A stretch of DNA of 64,000 nucleotides, filler included, from Barthelona sp. PAP020 (GCA_040182905.1; 18 parts of 18 records of this genome joined end to end with filler, not necessarily neighbours in it); one strand, 5' to 3'. Numbered from the whole stretch's first letter, positions 1 through 11,909 are shown. The notes: generated from the sequence alone by a model not told the origin. Numbers and translations: made by a program.

Positions 1-367
1 GCACCAAAACAGAGCATACCTGGAATACTTATTTTCTTAGCAAAGGAAGTTTCAGTCATTTGAAATAAATATCCGTCAAAAAAACGTGAAAAAAAATATT
101 GAAAAGTCAATGGATTTTTGTCAAATAATTTATTTATTTATTTGTCTTCAGTTTGGTTTAATTTTCATACAAAATACTTCAAGATAGAAAATAACCAATT
201 TCTTTGAAAAAATGGAATTTTCATTCTGAGTTTTTTATAAATTTTATTGAAAATGAATTATAAAAATTATACGGTTATTTTTGGAAAGAAACTCTCAAAA
301 GTACAAAGCAAGAGCAATTTGATAGATTTTCGACTTTTCAACTTTTCTTTTTTTTTTTTGATCCAAA

Positions 368-2065
368 ATGCCAAAAAAAAACAAATCATTGAAAAATCCA
401 TTGGGTAGATCAATTATTAAAAAGAAATGGGGTGGTGATAAAAAGAAGAAATTATTGCCTTTTGAAGAATATCATTCTGTGAGTTATTCTACTTCACGAG
501 AATTAAAAGCTGAAGCTTTAACGAGTTCTATTGATACGAATGATATTGAATCTTTTTTTCAGCTTGCAGAACAAGCTAATCGAGATTTTCAAGCCAAACA
601 AAGGACGGGTAGAGTAAAATTAAGTAAAAACGCATATGAATTGGACAGAGAAAGTCATTTACAATTGAATGATGATCCTTTTCATGTTTCATATTTACCT
701 ATTCCCAAACCTCCTGTGTGGGATGAAACTTTTACACGCGAACAAGTTATTGAGGCTGATAAAGGAGCATTTTATGAATGGAGAAACAAATTGAGTGAAA
801 TACACAAGCAGTCATTCACTCATAATTTTGAATTAAGTCCTTTTGAAAAAAATGTTGAGGTCTGGCATCAATTATGGGCTGTTTTGGATCGTTCACAATT
901 TATTTTTCAAATTGTCGATTGTAGGAATCCTTTATTCTATTTTAGTCAAGATTTACATCAATATATAATATCACAATCCCTTGAAAGTGTTCACAAAGGT
1001 GGATTTAGAGGTGCTACATTTGAAGATAATAAACTTGAGGAACAAGATGATTTTTTAAATGATCCTGTTGTTGAATTCATTATGGAAGAACTTGAATCAT
1101 TGGGATTACTGTCTAATGGTAAAAAAATACCTGTTGTTTTGCTGAATAAGTCTGATTTAGTACCTTTAGAGGCAAGAAAGCATTGGCATCGTTTTTTCAT
1201 ATGTAAAGGCATATTGCCGATATTCTTTTCAGCTCATTTAGAGTATCAAAAGTATCAACCTTCTGGAAATGGTACATTTACTATTTCGGATTTCGATGTT
1301 TATAAGCAAGAAAGACAAAATGGATTTGAAGCGGGTAAACATACTTTTGCCACTGATAATTTGATTATCAATTCAACAACAGATTTTGAAACAAATATTG
1401 AAGAAAAGCCTTATTTCGGTCAAACTGTCAACAGAATTCAAATAGAGTTGTTATTTAGAGCTATTAAACAAAGGTTAAACATTGATATTTTTCCAGTTGG
1501 ATTTACAGGATTTCCTAATGTCGGTAAAAGTTCAGTTATTAATGTTTTAATGAAACAAAAATATGTTGGTGTTGCGGCTCAACCTGGTAAAACCAAATTC
1601 TTCCAGTCTATGATTTTACCTGCCTCAAAAATTACTTTATTTGATTGTCCAGGTTTAGTTTTTCCTACTTTGGTTAAGTCTAAAGCATATTTATGTTTAC
1701 AAGGAGTTTTGTCAAAAGATCGTTTAAGAGGATCTTATCGTGTTGCTATAGAAATGATTGTCAATTTGATTACCAAAGAGCAATTAAGCACAGTTTACAA
1801 TTTAGAATTAAATTATAACCCTGAAAATGCTAAAATATATGGGGAATTTTACAAAAGTTCTGAGTTGTTACAAAAATTAGCTATTGACAAAGGATTTATG
1901 GCTCATAAAGGGAGACCAGATGAGTCTCGAGCTGCTCGTATTGTTTTGGAAGATTTTTTCGGTGGCAAATTAAAATTTTGGAATTTACCTTTACAATCTG
2001 CTTTGAGAGAATCTGTTGATGTTACAAATGATATGCAAGCTCAAAATGCTTTATTAGATCGGTAA
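368..2065 (+). CDS. LSG1: Large subunit GTPase 1 (circularly permuted GTPase, 60S export/maturation)
   Basis: Contains SPFEKNVEVWHQLWAVLDRS and QIVDCRNPL. G4 (LNKSDL) precedes G1 (GFPNVGKSS), followed by PGKTKFFQ, DCPGLVFP and GRPDESRAAR. Confidence 0.93.
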   Translation: MPKKNKSLKNPLGRSIIKKKWGGDKKKKLLPFEEYHSVSYSTSRELKAEALTSSIDTNDIESFFQLAEQANRDFQAKQRTGRVKLSKNAYELDRESHLQLNDDPFHVSYLPIPKPPVWDETFTREQVIEADKGAFYEWRNKLSEIHKQSFTHNFELSPFEKNVEVWHQLWAVLDRSQFIFQIVDCRNPLFYFSQDLHQYIISQSLESVHKGGFRGATFEDNKLEEQDDFLNDPVVEFIMEELESLGLLSNGKKIPVVLLNKSDLVPLEARKHWHRFFICKGILPIFFSAHLEYQKYQPSGNGTFTISDFDVYKQERQNGFEAGKHTFATDNLIINSTTDFETNIEEKPYFGQTVNRIQIELLFRAIKQRLNIDIFPVGFTGFPNVGKSSVINVLMKQKYVGVAAQPGKTKFFQSMILPASKITLFDCPGLVFPTLVKSKAYLCLQGVLSKDRLRGSYRVAIEMIVNLITKEQLSTVYNLELNYNPENAKIYGEFYKSSELLQKLAIDKGFMAHKGRPDESRAARIVLEDFFGGKLKFWNLPLQSALRESVDVTNDMQAQNALLDR

Positions 2066-2865
2066 ATAACTTAATCATTCTTTTTAAATTTTTTATTTTC
2101 TCCAATAAGTTTTTTTGGATTTGCTGATGAAAGGACATAATTTCAAAGAACAATCAATTGAAAAAAGAAAATAATAGCAGGTTGTGAGAACAATCAAAAA
2201 GAAAGAAACTTCCAAACAAATTCAAAAGTTTCATTGATTGAAACTATAAAAGCAAACAATTATAAAATGCTGAAAAAATGGATGTGATTTGGAAAACCGG
2301 GGAAATTCTTTGATAAGAAGAACAAATACAAAAGAATAAAGAAAAATAAGCTGGAGTTCTTTTTTTTCAAAAATTTAAAAGACTTTTATGTTTCTGTTAA
2401 CCCATTACGTTGGGTTTGGTAAAGTTAGAAGCTTTTTGATGACGAAGATTTTGGGATGCTCGACCCCTAAAGAAAAAGAATGCGACCTAGAGGATTAAAT
2501 TCAGTATTCTTGAAGTAAAGAATTTATTCTTGCAGACGTTATTTCTATGTTTGAGGTCTTAACTGAAGTTTCTTCGACTTTTGTTGAACTTTCCGAGCAA
2601 AGCTTGTATTTTAACTATTTTCCTATGTGTGGGTTATACATGTCTTCTTTATGAAAGTGTTTGTAAAATCTTTACATTTTATTTTTATGATCAATCCATG
2701 AACTTTTGAATTTGCAAAACAAAATAATAAATGATCCAAAGTCAAACAAAAAACAAAGGTTATTTCTAAATTTATTTGTTTCAAAATGTCTTGCAATGTT
2801 TTCAAGACAAAATTGAAAAAAAAGAAAATGAGGGTCATTCACAAGCCAATTCATTTGGTGAATCT

Positions 2866-3110
2866 AAATTTTCTGATTCTTCCTTTTTCCCTCAAGGTAT
2901 GGAACTTTTCCTTAACTTACTCCCAAATTTTTGACCTGCCACGGTGAATGCATGAAAACTTGCACAATTAAGATAAATTTAAAAGAGATCGGAGCATTAA
3001 GCTCTTTTGAGCAATTATTAAGGCAATATTTCATATCCCGCATAGGACATAGCTCTCCTATAACAGCCTATAAAAGAGTAGGTCTCAAAAGAGAGAGGTT
3101 CCTGAAAGAA
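2866..3110 (+). repeat. Dispersed repeat family A, partial copy 1
   Basis: Aligns by eye with 20470-20710 (+) and 56960-57210 (-), e.g. cccaaatttttgacctgccacggtgaa and taagctcttttgagcaatta. Confidence 0.9.
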
Positions 3111-3330
3111 AATAATATTTGGTCTCATCAAATAAGTTTTCATTTACGTTTATAGACGCCCTGATTATCGCAACAGAGAGAGATAATCACATACGTAGAC
3201 AAAGTTTCCAGAATTGGAAGTGATCAGTAAAAATCGTTTTGGCTGTAAAGTGAAAAGGATTTACATAAGTTTTATTTTCTGCTCTATACAGCAAGCCCAC
3301 ATTCTAAGATTACGTATTTTTATTTTATTT

Positions 3331-3603
3331 TTTTAAAAAAGAAGACTACCCTTCGACATCAATTACGCTCAAGACAAGTTCAATCACCCCAATAAAATCC
3401 CAAGCTCTCAGAAACAAAGTCTATAAACAAAAAAAATATATAAGTGAAAACACTGGACTCCCCCGAAAAGAATTAAAAAATTAGGTTTTTCATTTATAAT
3501 TTTTTTGTTTATAGACTTTGTTTCTGAGAGTTTGGGATTTTATTGGGGTGATCGAACTTGTCTTGAGCGTAATTGATGTCGAAGGGTAGCCTTCTTTTTA
3601 AAA
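3331..3603. repeat. Long inverted repeat / foldback (arms ~3331-3450 and ~3487-3603)
   Basis: The left arm gaagactacccttcgacatcaattacgctcaagacaagttc... is the near-perfect reverse complement of ...gaacttgtcttgagcgtaattgatgtcgaagggtagccttc. Confidence 0.93.
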
Positions 3604-3703
3604 NNNNNNNNNNNNNNNNNNNNNNNNNNNNNNNNNNNNNNNNNNNNTTAATTAATTAANNNNNNNNNNNNNNNNNNNNNNNNNNNNNNNNNNNNNNNNN
3701 NNN
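3604..3703. other. Artificial contig linker N44-TTAATTAATTAA-N44 (first of 17)
   Basis: Identical 100-bp spacers start at 3604, 7286, 10954, 14602, 18241, 21873, 25503, 29124, 32729, 36332, 39914, 43488, 47061, 50622, 54159, 57676 and 61187. The core has stops in all six frames and contig lengths decrease monotonically. Confidence 0.98.
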
Positions 3704-3930
3704 ATTTTCTCAATGATGATGAAGAAGACTATGATTTTGGAATGGATTTCAAGCCTATCAATAGAACTGTTGGTTCCGACAATCCTTTTGTTTCATTGGA
3801 TCCCGAAGAACAAAGACAAAGAGAATTGGAGGAAAAATATGGAGATAATGTTCCATATGGTTCTTTTGAAGATGATGATGATAGTGAAAGTGCTAACAGT
3901 GATGTTGAAGAGGATTCTGACGAAGAGTGA
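3704..3930 (+). CDS. 3' fragment of an unknown protein with an acidic tail
   Basis: Open frame from the contig start ending ...SDVEEDSDEE*. Confidence 0.55.
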
Positions 3931-4068
3931 TAATTTTCATTGGTTTTTAAATTTATGAAGCGGAATAAATTATGAGGTTTTTTTTTATACATCAATGAGC
4001 ATTTAGAACAATACAGGCTGAAGTTTAATGTAGGAAAAAAAAAAATGCACAACCATTTTTATAAAAGA

Positions 4069-5295
4069 TCAAACTTGATCTTCGTAATTAATTGGCCAAA
4101 TTTGAAGGGTTTTGGAATCTTTTGAAAATGTGACAAGGAAATTGTTATAAAGCACTAAAGATGTCTTGACACTTGGAGCATCAATGTCCATAATAGCTCT
4201 ATACTCAATGTTCTCCAGTAACTCTCTGATTACGATGGAATTATTGTGACCAATCATACATACATATTTAGAATCTTGAGAAATAACTGCTTGATTAACT
4301 TCTCTAGCATCAGGAACATTGTAAACCCATTCTTCCAAAGGATTACTGCGTGCATTGAAATCATTGAGTTGATCATGGATATCAAAAATTTGGACATTTC
4401 CTTGTCTACATGTAACACATAAAGATGAATCCTTTATAGAAAAGTTTGTAATTTCTGCTTTTGTATTGAAAGCAGGTGAAAAATTGAATCTTTTACGGTC
4501 AAAATCATATGATATGAATCTTATCTGTTTATTTGACCCCAAACAACAAATATTATGTCTGCACTGGATAAACGTACGAACGTTAGGAAAATTAAAAGTT
4601 TGTCTTGAAATGATCTCTCCAGAAACCATATCAAACACAGCAATTTGTCTTTCCAAGCATAAAATTACAATATCCTTCTCGTTGCTACCGAACGATACAA
4701 AAGAACTGGTGCCAAATGGTTCAGATTCCCATTCAAACTTTACATTTGTGTCTCGATGAATGAAATCCTTTGTTTTGTATAGGTACACCTTTCTGTTTGC
4801 ATACACTAACAATCTTTCACCAAAACTACCAATCAATTTAATACCTTCGATAGGAGGCAAATCTAAATTCTTTGTGGTGAATCTTTGTTGAGGAGTTAAA
4901 ATATCAATGTAAATTCTCAATTGATTTGCTTTGTCAATAGTTAACAAAAAAGACTTGTTATTTGGATCATTATTATTCATTAAGCCCCTATTACAAGGCT
5001 CAACAAATAATACCTTCCTTTGTAATTGTATTGAACCAATTCTATCAGGATGAATTTTTTTGTTTTGTCTGCTGTGCAAATTTGCTTTTTCAACAGGCGG
5101 AGGTGTTATTATACCCTTTCTATCACCATCTTCAGAATCATTTAAATCATAAATTTCTCCCTCAGAAATTATTGAACCATCATCCATGTCAACTTCATCA
5201 CTTTTTTTCAGAAAAAAAGTAAATATTATTGATACTAATGCCAAAACTAGTGGCAATAGGAAAAAGTATATCACACTCTGATTAAATGACAGCAT
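4069..5295 (-). CDS. Membrane-anchored WD40-like beta-propeller protein (TBL2-like architecture)
   Basis: N-terminal hydrophobic helix, acidic linker, then degenerate WD repeats (QGNVQIFDI, KTLQIWP). Confidence 0.6.
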   Translation of the reverse strand: MLSFNQSVIYFFLLPLVLALVSIIFTFFLKKSDEVDMDDGSIISEGEIYDLNDSEDGDRKGIITPPPVEKANLHSRQNKKIHPDRIGSIQLQRKVLFVEPCNRGLMNNNDPNNKSFLLTIDKANQLRIYIDILTPQQRFTTKNLDLPPIEGIKLIGSFGERLLVYANRKVYLYKTKDFIHRDTNVKFEWESEPFGTSSFVSFGSNEKDIVILCLERQIAVFDMVSGEIISRQTFNFPNVRTFIQCRHNICCLGSNKQIRFISYDFDRKRFNFSPAFNTKAEITNFSIKDSSLCVTCRQGNVQIFDIHDQLNDFNARSNPLEEWVYNVPDAREVNQAVISQDSKYVCMIGHNNSIVIRELLENIEYRAIMDIDAPSVKTSLVLYNNFLVTFSKDSKTLQIWPINYEDQV

Positions 5296-5566
5296 GTAAA
5301 AGTGTCAAAAAAAATGAAAATTCTCATTTCTTTTTGATTGCTTTTCCAATTTATTTTTAATATTGAAATGTTCATTTTTTTTATTGTGTGTTTCTGTTTG
5401 TGCATTGCAAAATAAATGAGAAATCCGCAGAAACTATATTTTTCACAAATAAATATCATTCGCTTTTGAAAGAATCAATTTATCAGTGACTGAATTAAAG
5501 ATAAGAACAATCAAAAAAAAAAAAATTTCGAAAAAAATTTCATTCACATTTCTTCAATACAAAACA

Positions 5567-6883
5567 ATGTCAAATATTGAAATTAATGAAACGGAAAAAA
5601 AAATCCGTAGTCATCGATTTTGGTCCACCCAACCAGTTCCTCAATATGACGAAGATGAAAAATCTCCTGAAGGTCCTATCATTTTAAATGTTGAAGATAT
5701 CAGACCAAATCCTTATCCTTTGCCACCAGGATTAGAGTTTTTTTCATTGGATATTCTGAATAATGAAGATGATTTGAATAATCTGCATGAACTTTTAAGA
5801 TTGCATTATGTTGAAGATACAAATGGAACTATGAGATTTCATTATACGAAAGAGTTTTTATTGAAATCGTTGTGTGTTCCTGATTATGATCCAAATTTGC
5901 ATGTTGGTGTCAGAGTTGTAAAAACGAACAAAGTTGTTGCTTTCATTGCTGGAATTCCTGCAAGATATAAAATTAGAGAAGGAATTCACTCGTTAGTTGA
6001 AGTTGATTATTTGTGTGCTCATCCCAAATTAAGAGACAAGAGATTAGCTCCAGTGCTGATAAAGGAAGTTACAAGACGAGTAAATCTGAATGGTGTTTTT
6101 CAGGCCTGTTACACAGCTGGTGTAGCTTTACCAAGGCCTATTTGTAGATGCCAATATTATCATCGACTCATTAACGTTGAGAAACTGATTGAAGCAGAAT
6201 TCACTAGATTAAGACCTAATCTAACTCTGGAGCAAATGAAAAAGATATATGAAATAAAACCAACACATATTGATCCCAGTTGGGAACTAATGGTCTCAGA
6301 AAATGTTGAAGAAGTTACCAAGAAGTTGAATGACTATTTGTCTATTTTTGAAGTCTCCAGATACTTTGACGAAGTAGAAGTCATGCATTTTTTTGTTAAC
6401 AATCCTTGTTTCGGAGCTTATGTTAAAAAAGATATTCACAGTGGGGAAATTACAGATTTTGTCAGTTTTTATAGCGTTGATACCTACAATCTTGGAAAAG
6501 AAAATGATATTAAGATGAATTATATCCAAACTTACTTGTTCTATCATTTTACTCAGATCCCAAAATATATAGAGGTTCCTAAATTTAGACGTATTTATTT
6601 GGATAGTGGTGAACAAGATTTTTCTGAAGTAAATGTTCAAAGACCTGATTTTTATGGTGACAAACAATTTAAACAAAATATTTGCAATTTGTTGCAACAA
6701 GCCATTGTTCGAGCATGCTTTGACCATCATGCGGATGTGTTTAATGCGGTGGATCTAATGACGAACAGAGTCGCCTTTAACGATTGTCAGTTTAGAGTTG
6801 GTGATGGTGCTTTACATTATTATTTATTTAATTATAGATTGGATCCAATTGATCAGGATGAATTAGGTGTGATTATTGTTTAG
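5567..6883 (+). CDS. NMT: Glycylpeptide N-myristoyltransferase
   Basis: Motifs HRFWSTQPV, HYVED, LRDKRLAPVLIKEVTRRVN, YYHRLIN and GDGALHYYLFNY. The first ATG is at 5567. Confidence 0.96.
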   Translation: MSNIEINETEKKIRSHRFWSTQPVPQYDEDEKSPEGPIILNVEDIRPNPYPLPPGLEFFSLDILNNEDDLNNLHELLRLHYVEDTNGTMRFHYTKEFLLKSLCVPDYDPNLHVGVRVVKTNKVVAFIAGIPARYKIREGIHSLVEVDYLCAHPKLRDKRLAPVLIKEVTRRVNLNGVFQACYTAGVALPRPICRCQYYHRLINVEKLIEAEFTRLRPNLTLEQMKKIYEIKPTHIDPSWELMVSENVEEVTKKLNDYLSIFEVSRYFDEVEVMHFFVNNPCFGAYVKKDIHSGEITDFVSFYSVDTYNLGKENDIKMNYIQTYLFYHFTQIPKYIEVPKFRRIYLDSGEQDFSEVNVQRPDFYGDKQFKQNICNLLQQAIVRACFDHHADVFNAVDLMTNRVAFNDCQFRVGDGALHYYLFNYRLDPIDQDELGVIIV

Positions 6884-7017
6884 ATAAACATTTGATCAAT
6901 TTTTTTTTTATTTACCATTGAACTTTACTTCAGTTGGATACTTACAATGGATAATTAAGAAACTATTTTCAAAGAGAGAAATAAAAGATCGGTATTAGTT
7001 TTTTTCTTTTTTCAACC

Positions 7018-7285
7018 ATGAATCGTTCATTATATGATCGCGATATTGCGACATTTTCACCAGAAGGAGATTTACATCAAGTTGATTATGCTTGTCAATG
7101 TTCAAAACAATATGGCTCTGCAACGATTGGTATCAAAACCAAAACTCATTTAATTTTATGTGCTTTAAAGAAAGATATTGGTTCATTAGCACATTCACAT
7201 CAAAAAATATTCAAATTAAATACCCATACTGCATGTGTTGGCTTGGGACTTACTTCAGATGTTCGTTTACTGACAAATTTTTTGA
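7018..7285 (+). CDS. 20S proteasome alpha subunit (alpha6/PSMA1 type), 5' partial
   Basis: RSLYDRDIATFSPEGDLHQVDYA and HQKIFKL...GLTSDVR. Truncated by the linker. Confidence 0.88.
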
Positions 7286-9213
7286 NNNNNNNNNNNNNNN
7301 NNNNNNNNNNNNNNNNNNNNNNNNNNNNNTTAATTAATTAANNNNNNNNNNNNNNNNNNNNNNNNNNNNNNNNNNNNNNNNNNNNTTTTTCTTATAGAGG
7401 GGAAGGGCTCCAGGGAAAGGGGGCATCCGGGTGCTGAATGGAATATTTTTGAATTTTTTCGTCTTAGGGGGCGGCGTGTGATTAATTCTTGTAGTTGAAT
7501 TATTGGCGAGTATTTTGGTCACGCAGTCATTAATATGCATGCAGGGCCATTGATAGAGATAATTAAGGTCAGAGATATTTTCCAGGATTAGAGGATATGA
7601 AAATATAGGACGGATGGATGGATAAAAGTGTGATTGCTGGGATTGTAGAGAGATGAAAGGGATGATTTATAGTCAAATAAACAAGAAATAAAAACATAGA
7701 AATAGTAGAGTAAAAGGGTCAGGTAAAGGACGGATTCCAGAATCTAGAAAGTGTCGGCATTGCATAAATGGGCAGTTTGGACACAAAATTTCGGTTAGAG
7801 AAATTCAGAATTGGTTTATCGCATTCAGATAATAAAGAAAACATAGAGAACAAAGGAGAAATGAAGTGAAATAGTTTATATTGTCCAGAATTAGAAAGTA
7901 ATTGAATTTTTTGGGATCATGAAATCAGATATTAGGTATGTGTTAGATGGTGCATGTATTTGGACGAGTTTTGTAAATAGCGTGTACACATAAAAAATCA
8001 AGAGTGCAAATTTCGTCTGCTATTGTATATGTTTTCCAGATACAAAGCCTGTTGCCATATCGAGATTGTTGGATGACTGATTGTGTCAATATCAATATTT
8101 GATTGTGAAAAATTGTGAATTTGTTTTGTTACAACCAGTGTATAGTCGTACAATATATGTGACGAAAAAAATTGGTGCGGATATGGAAAACATCGTGACG
8201 TTTTGAGGTGTGATGGTGTTGTTGCAGATAAGTTCCAGGTATATATTTGGAGCTTGCACCGGCTGCTGGTGTTGATTGTGCGAAATTCAATCAAAATTTT
8301 AGGGTCATTCTAAATTTAGAGAGAAAAGCAGCTGGTGTCGACTATCTAGAGCTATTGCTTCTATATGCACCGGCTGCAAAGATGCTGTAATTATAGTGCA
8401 AAAAGTCACAAAAATGAGCAGGGTTACTTGGATACTTTTGCAGCTGGATATATTTGCACAGATCTACAATTTTGTCGTCTGAATTTGGATATAGATTGGC
8501 GCTAGCGATCATAATGATTCAATTATGGGTTATGCGCTATATATTCCAGATATAGCTATACCGCCATTTATCCTTTGCTTTCATTTTGTGTGCATTTTCC
8601 TTTCATTTTCCTTTCATTTTCCTTTCATTTTCATCTTCATTTCTTTCGTTTTCACTTTCATTTTCACTTTCATTTTCATTTCCTTCTTATTTCTTGTTCA
8701 TTTCCTTCTGTTATTACTCTTGTTATTGGTTGATGCAATCGCTCTAGTGCTTCAAATAGTGCATACAAATCCATGATTTCATTTTCAATGTTGAAAAAGC
8801 AGAAACAAAGATGTTGGGTTTGAGAATTTATACGATCTAAAAAGTGCAAAAGAAAAAATGAATATGTGAGTGAATCTCTGTGAAACCATCAGATTTGTTG
8901 AATTTGTCCGTGAAAGCGGTCTAAAAGTACATAAAGATGTTAGATTTGAGAATAGAATTGCTTGTTGAAAAGCTCAACATGTTGAGTTTTGAATAGTGAT
9001 TGTATAAAGATTTTGTTACTCTTGTTCAATCTATGGATGGTTACTTTTGGGGACTCCAAAGACTTTTGAGGATGCTAAAGTGCGCGAGAGTGATGTTTTA
9101 GCGTTGTTGACAAGGGTTAGGAGGATTTTTTGAGTAGATGAAAGTGATTTGTGAGCGTTTTTTGAATGTGTGAGAGTATTTTTCAGAGTTTCAGGATCTG
9201 AGATTGATCTTTA

Positions 9214-10625
9214 TTGATATTCATCGCCACCACTTAATATTTATCATCATGTGGATATTCTTCTTCATGTTAATATTTATCATCGTGGTAATATTCATCG
9301 TCATGTTTAAACTTTGTCGTCATGTTTAGACTTTGATGTCATATTGATATTCATCGTCGCCACTTAATATTGACCATTGTGATAATATTCATCGCATTGA
9401 TTTTCATCATCACGTTGATTTTCATGGTCACGTGGATATTCTTTGTCACGTTGATATCCTTCTTCATGTTGATTTTCATGGCCCTGAGGATTTTCATGAC
9501 CGTGAGGATATTCTTCGTCGAGTGGATATTCATCGTCATGTTGATTTTCATCGTTGCATTGATATTCATCGTCATTCACGTATCCTTCTTCATGTTAATA
9601 TTCATCGCCGTGTTAATATTCATCGTCCTAACCCCCATATTTACGATTGTGTGAATATTTATGATTTAGTGGATATTCATCATCACTTAAATATTAATTG
9701 CCCTGAGGATATTCATCTTCGCATTGATATTTATCAGCATCGCCACGTTGATATTCAGCATCGCGTTGATATTCATCGTCATGTGGATATTCAGCATCGC
9801 GTTGATATTCATCGTCATGTGGATATTCATCGTCGCGTCATCACATTCATCGTCGTGTTGATGTTCATCGTCGCGTTGATATTCATCGTCATGTGGATAT
9901 TCATCGTCGCCTCATCACATTTATCGTCGTGTTGATGTTCATCGTCGCAATGATATTCATCGTCGTGTTAATACTTGTCGTCGTTTGAATATTCATCGTT
10001 GCATTGATATTCATCGTCATGTAAAGACTTTGTCGTCATGTTAATACTTGTCGTCGTTTGAATATTCATCGTTGCATTGATATTCATCGTCGTGTTAAGC
10101 TTTGTCGTCATGTTAATACTTGTCGTCGTTTGAATATTCGTCGTGATGTTTATATTCATCGTCTCGTCAACATTTGTCCTCGTATTGATATTCTTTGACA
10201 CAATGTCATTAATCGTCACATGGATGTCGATCGTCATGTGGACACTCATCGTCTCGTAAACATTTGTCCTCATATTGAGATTCTTCATCACACAGATATT
10301 GATTGTCGCGTTGATATTCGTTGTCATGGAGATATTTATCATCATGTTGATATTTATCGTCACATAGATATTCGTCGTCGCGTTAATATTCATTGTCACG
10401 TACATATTTATCGTCGTCATGTTGACAATCATCGCCATGTTGATATTTTTCGTCGCGTTAATATTCATTGTCAGGTTGATATTCATTGTCACGTACATAT
10501 ATTCATTGTCATGTTGATATTCATTGTCATGTTGACGTTCATCGTCGCACAGATGTTAATCGTCACGTACATATATTTCGTCACGTAGATATTTATGGTC
10601 ACGTAGATATTTATGGTCACGTGAT
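9214..10625. repeat. Degenerate 18-bp minisatellite (consensus gttgatattcatcgtcat)
   Basis: Dozens of tandem units. They read HRHVDI on + and HDDEYQ on -. Some units of non-multiple-of-3 length break the frame. Confidence 0.93.
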
Positions 10626-11054
10626 TGTTCGCTATTGTGGATAAAGAGTGACAAAAAAGGAATAAACACAATATATGATATAAAATATACACAAATGAAT
10701 TGGATAAACATAAACATATTTTTATGTATTGGATTACTAATTGTCCCGTTCATTTAATTTAGAATCTAGGAATGAGTTAGATATCTACACAGTCGTAGTG
10801 TATGGATGGTTTGAAAAAAAAAAAGTATCAAGAGTAGATGTGTTTAATCATGAGGGAAAGCGCCAGCGCAGATGCGTTTTCCTCGGCTTGATTAAACTAC
10901 GCTGCGCTACGCTACGCTTCGACCTCCAATCACAGCAAAGGGGAATTTGGATTNNNNNNNNNNNNNNNNNNNNNNNNNNNNNNNNNNNNNNNNNNNNTTA
11001 ATTAATTAANNNNNNNNNNNNNNNNNNNNNNNNNNNNNNNNNNNNNNNNNNNNA

Positions 11055-11264
11055 AGTCAACTCATTATGTCTGACATTCATGATAAACATTCTCATCGAA
11101 ATCGTATCAGAGAACAGCGTTTTGCCATGGAAGATACAAAGAAAGAGCCTGAAATTACAGGAAACAGTGGCGTTGTTCTTCAACCATATGATAGTGATGA
11201 TGATGTGGATGATGAGAAGTATGGATCCGATAGCTCAGATGATGATGGTTCAGATAGTGAATAA
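11055..11264 (+). CDS. 3' fragment of an unknown protein with an acidic tail
   Basis: Open from the contig start and ends DSSDDDGSDSE*. Confidence 0.5.
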   Translation, partial: SQLIMSDIHDKHSHRNRIREQRFAMEDTKKEPEITGNSGVVLQPYDSDDDVDDEKYGSDSSDDDGSDSE

Positions 11265-11909
11265 ATAGATCTTTGATGTTTTTTTTTAATATTTTCTTCT
11301 CTGATTGAAAAAAAGCAAAAAAAAAAAAGCAATGTTGAAAAGATATTTGCTCAAATCTAAATTACTATTTCACTCTTAATGCTTTCAGATTCTAATTTAC
11401 AGAAGCAAAGAAGCCACAAAAATATCAGAATATCGGATTTGCTTTGTTCTGGTGAAAAAGGGATGTAGCCAAAAAGGTAGATCAGATTGTGGATGAATGA
11501 AAATTGAAAATGGACATTAACTTCACAACAGATACCCAAATTTTAATTTCGGGAATATTACAAATGAAAAACAACAAATGTGGCATAATCTTTACAAATA
11601 AAAACTGGCAAATTATCAAAAAGCCAAAGGTTCAACTAAGGCAATGAACGCAACGGTAATATACGTCCCTCATTGTTGTTACTTTTGAAAAATGTATTGA
11701 TAAACCACTGGATATCGACAACGAAAATTCACCAATGTTGTTCGGTAACACTAGTGAAATCAAGACAAAGTAGTTCAAAATTGAAATCCTAAGCCCCTCT
11801 GGGTAATGATCTTTTTCTCACATAGCCCAAATTCAATCTTATAAAGTTTGAAATTCTTCCACAGAAAATGCAACAAAAAGAAAAAAAAGATCCAACCTTT
11901 AATTAAAAA

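Noticed and set aside
3604..3703. Regularly spaced TTAATTAATTAA palindromes every ~3.6 kb
   Set aside because: Artificial scaffolding linkers flanked by Ns. ORFs ending in X...LIN or X...N are artefacts of them.
9214..10625. CRISPR-like array, or real His-rich/Met-Asn-rich proteins
   Set aside because: The units are contiguous with no unique spacers and there are no cas genes. ORFs in several frames arise simply from the 18-bp period.
11595..11830. Possible snRNA/RNase MRP on the minus strand (cagaggggcttag, gttcattgccttagttgaac hairpin, ataatttg)
   Set aside because: Only isolated short resemblances. No U1 5' ACTTACCTG, U2 GTAGTA or MRP CR-I motif was found. It would need Rfam cmscan.
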